NCBI GenBank assembly: GCA_036476995.1
Contig: JAZGCO010000012.1
Location: 1 to 33,966 of the forward strand
Direction: 5' to 3'
From: Gemmatimonadota bacterium
GTDB lineage: Bacteria; Gemmatimonadota; Gemmatimonadetes; Palauibacterales; Palauibacteraceae
Length of the DNA: 33,966 bases
Both the position numbers and the translations under genes were made by a program. The notes beneath the pieces were generated by a model. The model saw only the letters and a list, made by a program, of their open reading frames with translations, was not told the DNA's origin and did not search any database. This document shows, one piece after another, positions 1-8,111 of the stretch. Position 1 is the first letter of the stretch. Every line of letters starts with the position of its first letter.

Positions 1-204
1 AGGATCTGACGCGCGCCGTTTCCTTCATCCAGGACGAGCACGGTATCGGCGGGAGCGGCGCTGACCGTATCGACCGCGATGTCATACTGGTCCGTCTCGT
101 TCCCCTCCGTGTCGAGCTTGCTCACCAGGAGCAGGCGGCGGCCTTCGAGGTGCTGGATCTTGATCGTCGCGACGACGGATCCGACGACCTTGCCGAGATA
201 CACG
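1..204 (-). CDS. BMC vertex (pentamer) protein, EutN/PduN/CcmL family; 3' end truncated by window edge
   Basis: Reverse-complement of 1..204 translates from GTG at 204 as VYLGKVVGSVVATIKIQHLEGRRLLLVSKLDTEGNETDQYDIAVDTVSAAPADTVLVLDEGNGARQI..., a clear paralog of the two other BMC-P ORFs. It abuts the stop of the 205..477 gene. It is not in the ORF track because it runs off the window. Confidence 0.7.
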
Positions 205-477
205 TCAGGCCGTCCTGTGGACATCGTCCACGATTCCGGTAATCGCCAAATCAACGGGGACGAAGAGCTCGGGCATGGCCTGCGCGGCCTCGCGGCTGGC
301 GACGGTGAAGACCAGGCTCCCGGGCCCGGCCTGAGCGGTGGCGTCGGCCGCGACCTGAGCCGTGCCGCGCGGTGCCAGGTCCCGGTCCAAGGGCTGAACC
401 AAGAGGAGTTTGACCCCCTCGAGCCCCTCGTACTTATGGCTGGCCACCACCGTTCCTATCACGCGCGCGAACTTCAT
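205..477 (-). CDS. BMC vertex protein (BMC-P), EutN/PduN/CcmL family
   Basis: 90 aa MKFARVIGTVVASHKYEGLEGVKLLLVQPLD... has the typical EutN/CcmL fold signature. Its stop is adjacent to the GTG start of the next BMC-P gene. Confidence 0.85.
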   Translation of the reverse strand: MKFARVIGTVVASHKYEGLEGVKLLLVQPLDRDLAPRGTAQVAADATAQAGPGSLVFTVASREAAQAMPELFVPVDLAITGIVDDVHRTA

Positions 478-1115
478 GCGGTTTCCACCGCTTGTGTGCC
501 GGCCACGGCCGGTGCGGACGCCACGGACGGTCTGGCGCCGCCGACACGCTCGCTGAACGGCGTGGCGTCAGAGATATTGTCCCAAATCTCGGGATGCAGC
601 TGCGGGATGATCACCTGGTTCACCAGCAGACCAGGTTCGACCGCACCGCTGCCGCTCTCGACGGCTATCTCCACGTCAGCTACGACGCCTGAATAGAGCA
701 CGATTCCCTTGCCGCCGAGACCGTCTGCGAGACGAATCTCGACGAGTTGCACCAGCGCGCTCTTGATGCCCGCGTCGGCGGCATTGATGGCGGCAGCGGC
801 AGTGTTGGTCTCAACGACGCCCAGCGCGTCGGTAGGGGCGGGGGCGCGGCTACCCACGATGGCCTCCACAACCTCCGGGTGAACACTTGGCAGGAACACA
901 TGCCCGAGTACGCTCGAGCCTCCGATAGTACGCCCGGCGGATAGCGCTTCCTCGACGTCTGCCACCTCTCCGCCGACGAGCACCAGGTACCGGCCGGGCT
1001 GAACCGTTCCGGCCCGAATCGTGCCTACCGGGGCCCGCTTCACCATTGCATCCGCGGCCTGAATGCCGGACGCGATGCTGGAGAAGTCGATCAAGGCCAA
1101 GGCCGGTTCGATCAC
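474..1115 (-). CDS. BMC-T shell protein, tandem canonical BMC domains (PduT-like)
   Basis: 213 aa with two repeats of the BMC (Pfam00936-like) motif: IEPALALIDFSSIASGIQAADAMVKRAPV... and ALGVVETNTAAAAINAADAGIKSALVQLVEI... Confidence 0.8.
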   Translation of the reverse strand: MIEPALALIDFSSIASGIQAADAMVKRAPVGTIRAGTVQPGRYLVLVGGEVADVEEALSAGRTIGGSSVLGHVFLPSVHPEVVEAIVGSRAPAPTDALGVVETNTAAAAINAADAGIKSALVQLVEIRLADGLGGKGIVLYSGVVADVEIAVESGSGAVEPGLLVNQVIIPQLHPEIWDNISDATPFSERVGGARPSVASAPAVAGTQAVETA

Positions 1116-1122
1116 GCGCGCG

Positions 1123-2592
1123 CTAAACGATCCGGAAATAGTCTTTGAGGACGCACCGCCGGATGCGGCTGAAGCTGACCGGACTCGTCACTCCCTCACC
1201 GGTGGGACTGGCGATCGTGAACGAGCAGTAGCCCTCGCCGCCGTAGCCCAGGCCATCGAATGAAGCCCCGTTCTTGACGAAGATGCTGCAGTTCATGACG
1301 CGGGCCATGCGGCTCAGGCTGTCGAGGTTCTTCGAGTGCATCACGGCGGTATGACGGAACCCGTGCTCCGCCACCTTGCTGAGGTCGATTCCTTCGTTTG
1401 CGTCCCGGACACGCACCACGGGGTGGACCGGCATCATCTGCTCAGAGAACACGAGCTGATCGTCCCGTTCGACCTCGGCCACGATAAGCCGCACCTCGTC
1501 TCCCGCCTCGATACCTATCGCGCGCAGGAGCACGTTGGCGTTCTGGCCGATGAACTCGCGGTTCATGGTGCCGTGCCGTCCGCGGGGCGGGACTTCCGTG
1601 AAGATCGATGGCTTGAGGCGTTCAAGCTGAGCGGAATCAATCTCGACCGCGCCGTGCCGGCACATGGCTCGCTTCAGGTCGTCGGCGATAGAAGCGACCG
1701 CAAAGGTCTCCTTCTCATCCGTACAAATGATGTTGTTGTCGAAGGACGCGCCACGTACGATGTCGCGTCCGGCCTGCTCGATGTCAGCCGTCTCATCCAC
1801 TACCACCGGCGGATTTCCTGGCCCGCCGCAGATGGCCCGCTTCCCGCTCGCCATCGCAGCCTTCACAACTCCAGCGCCGCCAGTGACCGTAAGGAGATTG
1901 ATGTCTTTGTGGGTCATGAGTCCGTTGGCCGTGTCGATTGTGGGTTCTGCCACGGCCGAGACCAGGTTGGCCGGGCCACCGGCCTCGATGATCGCGTCGT
2001 TAATGAGCTGCACCGTCTTGTTGGAGCACGTCGTGGCTCCGGGGTGAGCGTTGAATAGGACCGCGTTCCCAGCCGAGACCATGCATATCGTGTTCGACAC
2101 CACGGTAGATATCGGATTGGTGCTGGGGATGATCGAGCCGATGAGTCCGTGCGGCGCGTACTCCACCACAGTGAGGCCCCCGTCTCCGGTCCACGCGGTG
2201 GTGTTGAGGGATTCCGGGCCGGGCGACTTGTCGGCGTTGAGGAGCACCTTCTCGATCTTGTCCTCGAAGCGGCCCATCCCTGTTTCCTGCCACGCCTCGT
2301 ACGCCAGTGGCTGCGCGTTCTCGCGCATTGTGCGTCGGACGTGGGCGATCATGCGCTCGCGCACGGAGAGCGGCAGATCCTGAAGCTGGGCGAACGCTTT
2401 CCGCCCGGCGCTCACCGCGCTGTCCACGTCGGGAAACAGGTTGTCTCCGTGCTTGGGAGACGTTGAAGGAGGCGGTGGGGAAGGGCTGATCACGGGTGTC
2501 GGCCGCGGGCCGTGCGCGCCCGCCTCCGGATGATGGAGCTCGGACATGACCCGGTCGATCACGCCCTCAATCTGCGTGTCGGTGATCATCAT
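1123..2592 (-). CDS. CoA-acylating aldehyde dehydrogenase (EutE/PduP-like) with N-terminal encapsulation peptide
   Basis: 489 aa. The aldehyde dehydrogenase core runs to the C-terminus. The N-terminus [19 protein letters not shown] is a predicted amphipathic helix followed by a Pro-rich linker [19 protein letters not shown] 4-nt overlap with the upstream BMC-P stop suggests translational coupling. Confidence 0.85.
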   Translation of the reverse strand: MMITDTQIEGVIDRVMSELHHPEAGAHGPRPTPVISPSPPPPSTSPKHGDNLFPDVDSAVSAGRKAFAQLQDLPLSVRERMIAHVRRTMRENAQPLAYEAWQETGMGRFEDKIEKVLLNADKSPGPESLNTTAWTGDGGLTVVEYAPHGLIGSIIPSTNPISTVVSNTICMVSAGNAVLFNAHPGATTCSNKTVQLINDAIIEAGGPANLVSAVAEPTIDTANGLMTHKDINLLTVTGGAGVVKAAMASGKRAICGGPGNPPVVVDETADIEQAGRDIVRGASFDNNIICTDEKETFAVASIADDLKRAMCRHGAVEIDSAQLERLKPSIFTEVPPRGRHGTMNREFIGQNANVLLRAIGIEAGDEVRLIVAEVERDDQLVFSEQMMPVHPVVRVRDANEGIDLSKVAEHGFRHTAVMHSKNLDSLSRMARVMNCSIFVKNGASFDGLGYGGEGYCSFTIASPTGEGVTSPVSFSRIRRCVLKDYFRIV

Positions 2593-2888
2593 CCAACCCC
2601 GGCCTTGTCGTACGTCACCTCGCCGTCCACCTCGAGCGTGTCCACAATGGCCATGATCACTCCATCACACGGCCGGTTCTGGGTCACCTTGGTTTGACGG
2701 GCCGAACTGCCGGTGGCGTACAGCACCACCTCGCCCAGGCCAGCGCCCACAGCGTCCGCCGCGACCAGGTTGCCTCCGGTCTCATTACCCTCGACATCGA
2801 GCTGCTTGAGCAGCAGAAGTTTCAGCCCTTCCAGGGACGGCTCCTTCTGGGACGCTACGACCGTCCCGACCACCTTTCCTACCAGCAT
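2589..2888 (-). CDS. BMC vertex protein (BMC-P), EutN/CcmL family
   Basis: The track ORF 2589..2972 has an unlikely Arg-rich N-terminus. The internal Met [31 protein letters not shown]... matches the other BMC-P N-termini and has GGGAG about 8 nt upstream. That start gives a 99-aa product. Confidence 0.8.
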   Translation of the reverse strand: MLVGKVVGTVVASQKEPSLEGLKLLLLKQLDVEGNETGGNLVAADAVGAGLGEVVLYATGSSARQTKVTQNRPCDGVIMAIVDTLEVDGEVTYDKAGVG

Positions 2889-2904
2889 TGGCGGCTCCCT
2901 TCGG

Positions 2905-3228
2905 CTACTTCTTGGCGGCCTTGGCTCCTTCAGCCGACCGGCTGACCGGAAGCGTGTTCTCGACGTTCGCATGCGGACGCGGAATGACGTGGATCGCCAC
3001 GAGCTCGCCGATCTTCTCAGCGCCCCGAGCGCCCGCGTCCACCGCCGCCTTTACGGCGGCCACATCGCCCCGCACAACGGCCGTGACGTACCCGCCTCCG
3101 GTCTTCTCGTACGCAACGAGCTCGACTCTGGCGGCCTTGACCATCGCGTCGGCCGCCTCGACCATCGCCGCGTAGCTCCGGGTCTCGATCATGCCCAGTG
3201 CTTCAATCGCGCCGTACTCTTCAGCCAT
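2905..3228 (-). CDS. BMC-H hexameric shell protein (PduA/EutM-like)
   Basis: 107 aa [71 protein letters not shown]... is the canonical BMC-H signature. An AGGAGG Shine-Dalgarno sits 6 nt upstream of the ATG, the strongest RBS in the locus. Confidence 0.9.
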   Translation of the reverse strand: MAEEYGAIEALGMIETRSYAAMVEAADAMVKAARVELVAYEKTGGGYVTAVVRGDVAAVKAAVDAGARGAEKIGELVAIHVIPRPHANVENTLPVSRSAEGAKAAKK

Positions 3229-3319
3229 TGTGTCCTCCTGATGACATGGAATGCGCGGTCCTCCCGCGCCGTGTTCGCTCGATCACCTGCTGCATCTCGT
3301 TGCTCCGCACTAGCCCCAG

Positions 3320-3964
3320 CTAGCGCTTCTTGGCCTCGATTTCTCTACCATCGATGCCCTCAATGGCGGCCACGGCCGCTCCGTAGCCCGCCATGATGTC
3401 CTGTTCTTCACCACCCAGGTACACGCGCCCGAAGCTTCCGAACGCGCGAACCTCCAGGATGTTCAGATTGGATGCTTTCTCAGCCTCATTCGCTGCCAGG
3501 GCGGCATATCCGGCCGGTTCGACTTCCAGTACGTAGAGGGTCTGGCCGGCCAGCAGCATGTGGCCGAAGCGCATCCGGTTCACCAGCTGCACCTGATGCG
3601 GGTCGATGTTGCGAATGATCTGGCTCGAGATCACCCGCGGCTTGAGCCGCTCCGTCTCCTCGACGCCCAGTGCTTGGAGGATGGCCGCTCCGGCCGCCCG
3701 GACCTCGGCCTGAATCTCGTGATGCACCTCCAGGAGACCGAACAGCCGCTCCACGATCTGCATCCCGGGACGCACCCGGGTGGACTTGAGTGCGATGTCC
3801 GTGATCCTGTTGACCTCGATGCCCGGGGAGATCTCGATCCACAGCGACGTGTCGCCGGGCAGCGGCAGGAACCCGCGGGCCACCGTGCCGAGGTAAGCCG
3901 CGTGCTGCGGCTGAAGGCTGTCGAGAAAGGCATATGTGCGAAGGTCAATCTGCTTCTGCGTCAT
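3320..3964 (-). CDS. BMC-T shell protein, tandem permuted double-stacking type (CcmP/CsoS1D-like)
   Basis: 214 aa. The N-terminus [55 protein letters not shown]... matches, from memory, the cyanobacterial CcmP sequence (..LRSYVYLDNLQRQHASYIGT...[16 protein letters not shown]...). Its start overlaps the DeoC stop. Confidence 0.75.
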   Translation of the reverse strand: MTQKQIDLRTYAFLDSLQPQHAAYLGTVARGFLPLPGDTSLWIEISPGIEVNRITDIALKSTRVRPGMQIVERLFGLLEVHHEIQAEVRAAGAAILQALGVEETERLKPRVISSQIIRNIDPHQVQLVNRMRFGHMLLAGQTLYVLEVEPAGYAALAANEAEKASNLNILEVRAFGSFGRVYLGGEEQDIMAGYGAAVAAIEGIDGREIEAKKR

Positions 3965-4833
3965 GTCTTGGCTCCCTGAACGATCTTCACGCTGGCGCTG
4001 GCGCCGATCCGGCTGGCTCCAGCGGCGATCATCTTCTCTGCATCGGCGAGAGTGCGAATACCTCCGGACGCCTTTACGCCCAGATTCGGCCCGACGACCC
4101 GTCTCATCAGCGCCACGTCCTCTGCGGTCGCTCCCCCCGGCCCGAACCCGGTGGACGTCTTCACGAAGTCACCTCCCGCAACCTTCACGAGCTGGCAGGC
4201 TGCGACTTTCTCCTCGTCGGTAAGCAGCGCGGCCTCGATAATCACCTTGAGAATCGAGCCCCCGGCATGGGCGGCGCGGGCCACCGAGGCGATATCCCGC
4301 TCGACCAGCTCATAGTCCCGGGATTTGAGGGCCCCGACATTGATCACCATATCGACCTCGGTGGCGCCGTCCCGAATCGCCTTCTGGGCCTCGAATACCT
4401 TGGTTTCCGTGGAGGTGGCGCCCAACGGGAAACCGACCACGGTGCACACGCGAACCGGCGAGTCTTTGAGGAGGTCCGAGCAGAGCTTCACGTGCGATGG
4501 ATTGACGCACACCGAGGCGAACTCACATTTCCGGGCCTCGTAGCAGAGCTGCGCGACCTGGTCCTGAGTCGCGTCCGGCTTCAGAAGCGTGTGGTCGATC
4601 AACGGGGCGAGGCTGCCATCGGTCGGAGCCACGCCTAGAGTGGCGGCGATTCGGTCCGCACCGGCCCGAACGACCGGCTGGACACGGTCCACATAGTTCT
4701 GGGCCGAGAGGGCAGGGGCGCGGCCGGGCTGGCCCTGGCTCGGGAGCGTGCCCCCCCGCACGAGGACCAGGACCTCGTGCGTGATCTGCTCAATGATCCG
4801 CTCCAGCGCGGCGTTATCCAGGCTCATGTTCAT
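3961..4833 (-). CDS. deoC: Deoxyribose-phosphate aldolase (DeoC/DERA family) with N-terminal encapsulation-peptide-like extension
   Basis: 290 aa. The DERA core runs from ...[20 protein letters not shown]... with the class I aldolase Lys region. An extra N-terminal helix [25 protein letters not shown] precedes a Gly/Pro linker. Confidence 0.85.
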   Translation of the reverse strand: MNMSLDNAALERIIEQITHEVLVLVRGGTLPSQGQPGRAPALSAQNYVDRVQPVVRAGADRIAATLGVAPTDGSLAPLIDHTLLKPDATQDQVAQLCYEARKCEFASVCVNPSHVKLCSDLLKDSPVRVCTVVGFPLGATSTETKVFEAQKAIRDGATEVDMVINVGALKSRDYELVERDIASVARAAHAGGSILKVIIEAALLTDEEKVAACQLVKVAGGDFVKTSTGFGPGGATAEDVALMRRVVGPNLGVKASGGIRTLADAEKMIAAGASRIGASASVKIVQGAKT

Positions 4834-4849
4834 CGTTTGAGGAGCCGGT

Positions 4850-5680
4850 TCATGGTCTCAGAAACCTCTGCTCGATATCCATGATCTTGTTCACGCGGCG
4901 CTCGTGTCTGCCGCCGCCGGCCGGGGTCTCGAGCCATGTCCGGACGATCTGCCGTCCGAGCTGCGGACCGATGAGTCCGGCCCCGAGCGTAAGCACGTTG
5001 GCGTCGTTGTGTTCGCGGCTGTTGACGGCCGTGGCCTCGTCATAGCACATGGCGGCCCTGACCCCGGGAACCTTATTGGCCGCCATGCAGGAGCCGATGC
5101 CGGCGCCATCTACCAAAATGCCGCGCCAGGCGCGGCCCTGAGCTACGAGCTGCGCCGCGGCGAAAGCGAAATCAGGGTAGTCGACGGAGTCGGAACTGTC
5201 GGTGCCGCAATCGATCACCGAGTAGCCAAGCTCCCGGACGTGAGATTTGAGCATCTCCTTCAGCTCGTACCCTCCGTGGTCGGCTCCCAGCGCCACCACT
5301 TTCGCTCCCGTGGCCGCGGGTTTCGGCCCTGAATCGGCGGTGGTCAGCACGGTGGACTGCCGGGCCGGAACAGCGCTCTCTTCGACGACCGAAATCCCTC
5401 TGTTGGCCGCCGCTTCCCGCGCCAGCGGCGAAACGAGCGAACCCGGCGGGATCTCGAGCGTGCCGCCCGCCGGAATGCCCGCCACGTCGGTTTCGGTCAC
5501 CAGTCCCCGCTCTGACCGTCGCTTGGGCCCGCCGCCCGCCGGCCGTGTCCGAATCTGGCCGTACCCCGCCGATCCCGAGACGCCGACCGTGCGCAGCACT
5601 ACGCGCCGCACCATGTCCCTGATTCTCGCTTCCTCCGCCGGTGCCAGGACTCGAGCCTCGCTCATTACCAGGCCCGCCAT
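4850..5680 (-). CDS. Ribose-5-phosphate isomerase B / LacAB-family sugar-phosphate isomerase fused to a ~130-aa N-terminal extension
   Basis: The C-terminal ~150 aa [34 protein letters not shown]...[29 protein letters not shown]...[10 protein letters not shown] is RpiB-family. The N-terminal part begins with a predicted amphipathic helix ([24 protein letters not shown]) and contains a conserved-looking block [40 protein letters not shown]. An alternative start, ATG at 5665, overlaps the TetR stop as TAATG. Confidence 0.8.
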   Translation of the reverse strand: MAGLVMSEARVLAPAEEARIRDMVRRVVLRTVGVSGSAGYGQIRTRPAGGGPKRRSERGLVTETDVAGIPAGGTLEIPPGSLVSPLAREAAANRGISVVEESAVPARQSTVLTTADSGPKPAATGAKVVALGADHGGYELKEMLKSHVRELGYSVIDCGTDSSDSVDYPDFAFAAAQLVAQGRAWRGILVDGAGIGSCMAANKVPGVRAAMCYDEATAVNSREHNDANVLTLGAGLIGPQLGRQIVRTWLETPAGGGRHERRVNKIMDIEQRFLRP

Positions 5681-6363
5681 TCAAACTGGTCCTCAGCATC
5701 AGCGCCGTTCTCCTCGGCTGTCTGCGGTTCGCCAACCATGACATCGTGGGATGCGCCCGATTTGTAGTGGCTGCGTGCCGCCAAGAGCTCGATGGACGAT
5801 CGCAGCTGGGCCACGGAGGCGTCGAAGGGCTCGAGGGACTCGGCCGCTCGCGCCTGCATGATTCCGCCCTGCGCCACCGCCAGGACGTGATGCGCCAGAG
5901 CCGCCCGGTCCAGGCTGGCCGGAAGACGGTCACCAGCCGCCACCAACCAGGCTAGGACCTGTGCTACCCAGATAGAGAAATACTCCTCGATCAGCTTGCG
6001 CACGCGTGGCATTTGGCCCCCGACCTCCAGCGCCAGGTTGCCGACCGGGCATCCTTGTGTCGAGCCTGAAATCAGCAGCCCGCGGCGATATACCCCGAGC
6101 AACGAGAACACGTGCTCGAGCGGATCGTCCGTCACGCTGTCCGCGACGGCACGCTCGATGATCATCGGCCGCAGCCTATCCAGATGTCGCTGCATTACCG
6201 CCGCCAGAAGATCTTCCTTGCTCGAGAAGAAGTGATACAGACTGCCGCTCTTTACGCCCGCAGTGCGCAGTATTGTCGCCACGCCGGTAGCGTGGTAGCC
6301 GCGCTCCTCGAACACCTGAGCCGCTACCTCTAGAATCCGTTCCTTCGTGTGCTTGGCCATCAT
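5665..6363 (-). CDS. TetR/AcrR-family transcriptional regulator, first gene of the BMC operon
   Basis: The N-terminal helix-turn-helix MAKHTKERILEVAAQVFEERGYHATGVATILRTAGVKSGSLYHFF is the classic TetR_N motif. The track start at 6381 is a TTG inside an upstream palindrome, so the ATG at 6363 (MMAKH) is preferred. Its stop overlaps the RpiB-fusion start. Confidence 0.85.
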   Translation of the reverse strand: MMAKHTKERILEVAAQVFEERGYHATGVATILRTAGVKSGSLYHFFSSKEDLLAAVMQRHLDRLRPMIIERAVADSVTDDPLEHVFSLLGVYRRGLLISGSTQGCPVGNLALEVGGQMPRVRKLIEEYFSIWVAQVLAWLVAAGDRLPASLDRAALAHHVLAVAQGGIMQARAAESLEPFDASVAQLRSSIELLAARSHYKSGASHDVMVGEPQTAEENGADAEDQFEWRAW

Positions 6364-6365
6364 TG

Positions 6366-6385
6366 TTGATTGTCCACTCAATCAA
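6366..6385. promoter_or_regulatory. Perfect inverted repeat TTGATTG-N6-CAATCAA abutting the TetR start, a candidate TetR operator. A TTGACA -35 lies at 6399..6404 on the minus strand.
   Basis: The repeat was read directly from the sequence. On the minus strand, TTGACA is followed about 13-17 nt later by the palindrome, then CA, then ATGATG. This suggests an operator overlapping the -10 region and a short or leaderless transcript. Confidence 0.4.
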
Positions 6386-6542
6386 CTTCTGGGCCATCTG
6401 TCAAGCCCTACGACCGAATTCCCGACAATGTTCCTCGGATGCGCCTCCGAGGATCGACTGAGAGAGCTCCGAGAGGAACGTGACAGACATCCACGACTGG
6501 TGCAAGTGGAACGATCAATCTAATCGCCGGTCAGGAGAGCGG

Positions 6543-7268
6543 TCAGGAGAATAGGTTGCCCTGTTCCGGAGCCGGAAGAATACAGTCGGGAGAGTCGAAC
6601 GAGGTGCGGTTCACACGCGGGTCTACGGCTCGCACCCGAATGAGGTCTGACGGATAGGGCGCGAACAGGTCCCTCACGTCCGCGGGCTCAGTGATAGTGG
6701 GATCCAGCCACCGCTCGTGGTCGGCGGGGTCCAAGATTACCGGCATGCGCCCGTGGATAGGCCGCAAAACATCGTTGGCCCGGGTGGTGAGGATGGTGCA
6801 GCTGTACAGTGGCTGCCCGCTCGGGGCCGTCCAGGAGTCCCAAAGGCCGGCCAAGGCGAAGGGTCGTTCGCCGGCCTGATGGATCCAGTGCGGCTGGCGG
6901 AGGTTTCCCGCCGCCGCCCACTCGTAGAAGCCGTCGGCCGGGATCAGGCAGCGCCGGTGCCGCAGGGGCTCTCGAAAAGCGGGTTTCTCGGCCGCCGTCT
7001 CGGACCGAGCGTTGAAGGTGCTGGCCTGCAACTGGGAGCCCTGGGCCCAGAACGGAACGAGCCCCCAGCGAAGCTCCACCACCTGGCGGGCCGGCTCACT
7101 GCCGGGACCGCCGCCAGTGCCAGGTCCGCCACTAGCCGTACCGGCTCGCACCGCTAACACATCTTGGGTCGGCGCTATGTTGTAGCGAGGCCCGACTTCC
7201 GGTGCCTCCACCTTGAACAACGCCGCCCACTCTTTGGCCGGCGTGGCCAGGGAGAAGCGACCGCACAT
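6543..7268 (-). CDS. yedK: SOS-response-associated peptidase (SRAP/YedK/HMCES family), abasic-site DNA-protein crosslink enzyme
   Basis: The track ORF begins MTVMCGRFSL, and the family requires Cys at position 2 (MCGRF..). The start is therefore placed at the ATG at 7268. The conserved SRAP core is present (..NIAPTQ..., ..WGLVPFW..., ..PADGFYEW...). Confidence 0.8.
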   Translation of the reverse strand: MCGRFSLATPAKEWAALFKVEAPEVGPRYNIAPTQDVLAVRAGTASGGPGTGGGPGSEPARQVVELRWGLVPFWAQGSQLQASTFNARSETAAEKPAFREPLRHRRCLIPADGFYEWAAAGNLRQPHWIHQAGERPFALAGLWDSWTAPSGQPLYSCTILTTRANDVLRPIHGRMPVILDPADHERWLDPTITEPADVRDLFAPYPSDLIRVRAVDPRVNRTSFDSPDCILPAPEQGNLFS

Positions 7269-7399
7269 GACGGTCAACTAACGTTTCTGTGAGTGGAACT
7301 GTCAAACGCACGAAGTGTTGTTAGATTGGATTTGCCGTATGCGGCCAGGGCGCCCGAAGGACGCCGGAAGCCCGGTCTTACGAAAACCGGAGGAAGAGG

Positions 7400-7942
7400 A
7401 TGATGGGAAAGCGAGCGGAGGCTGATCGGACGTTCAAGCGCGCCCTGTGGGCCGTACTGGCCGTTTCCGTCGCGTTACACGGCGCCCTGTTAGCGTTTGG
7501 GAACCTGTCGATACCGGGCTATGGGGACGCTGACGGCAGTACGCCAGTGCTCGTCTCGCTTCCGGACGAAATCGACACCGACTCGCCACTGGAGGTCGTG
7601 AACGTGGAGCCTGTCGAAGCCACCTCCTTGGCGACCGGCGGCTCGGCTGCGGCGAGCGCCGCGCTGGCCAGGCTTCCCAGTCTGAACGCAGCCCTTACGG
7701 CGGCAATCCTATCGCCGGGTGCGATCATGGATCTCATCGACTTGCCTGATGAGGAAGAGCCGGTGGCCGTGACGTACGCGGCGGCAGGCGGTTTCGGCGC
7801 CAGCGATTCGCCGGCCCGCAGCTACCGATCCATTGACGGCCGATCCGTTTCTGTGCTCGCCGCGATCGGCGGTGAAAGGGGCCGCGGCCGTGGTGGTATT
7901 GGAATCGGCGGTGGGCACTGTCCGCCTGGAGGCTTTAACTAG
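7400..7942 (+). CDS. Hypothetical membrane-anchored protein (one N-terminal TM helix; Ala/Gly-rich, low-complexity, acidic)
   Basis: GGAGGAAGAGG lies upstream of ATGATG. A TM segment ALWAVLAVSVALHGALLAF is present. No recognisable catalytic motif was found. GC3 bias is consistent with coding. Confidence 0.45.
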   Translation: MMGKRAEADRTFKRALWAVLAVSVALHGALLAFGNLSIPGYGDADGSTPVLVSLPDEIDTDSPLEVVNVEPVEATSLATGGSAAASAALARLPSLNAALTAAILSPGAIMDLIDLPDEEEPVAVTYAAAGGFGASDSPARSYRSIDGRSVSVLAAIGGERGRGRGGIGIGGGHCPPGGFN

Positions 7943-8010
7943 GTCTCCAAGTATCGCCGGCCAGGGGCCGGGGTAGGAGAAGAGGTCTCGGTCCTCGCGA
8001 CCGCACGAAG

Positions 8011-8055
8011 CCGGTGTTCCCCGCAAACGGGGCGCCGGCTTCTCGCTGTTCTTGC
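8011..8055 (+). terminator. Candidate intrinsic terminator after the 7400..7942 gene: GC-rich nested hairpin CCGG..CCCCGcaaaCGGGG..CCGG followed by a T-rich tract
   Basis: ccggtgttccccgcaaacggggcgccgg is followed by cttctcgctgttcttg, read from the sequence. Confidence 0.35.
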
Positions 8056-8111
8056 CTGTAGATACGTTCAGCCGTCACCTTGCGTGACCCTTCGGCGTTC
8101 TCACACCTCGG

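Noticed and set aside
79-1115. Plus-strand ORFs 79..696, 492..692 and 747..944, plus the minus-strand ORF 680..901, all overlapping the BMC shell genes
   Set aside because: They lie in alternative frames of clearly recognisable BMC-P and BMC-T genes. Their products are Arg/Pro/Gly-rich low-complexity, typical of GC-rich shadow ORFs.
5172-5933. 253-aa minus-strand ORF, plus the plus-strand ORFs 5247..5741 and 5641..5955 spanning the RpiB/TetR junction
   Set aside because: They overlap two confidently assigned genes in other frames. The translations are dominated by R/G/P/S with no motif.
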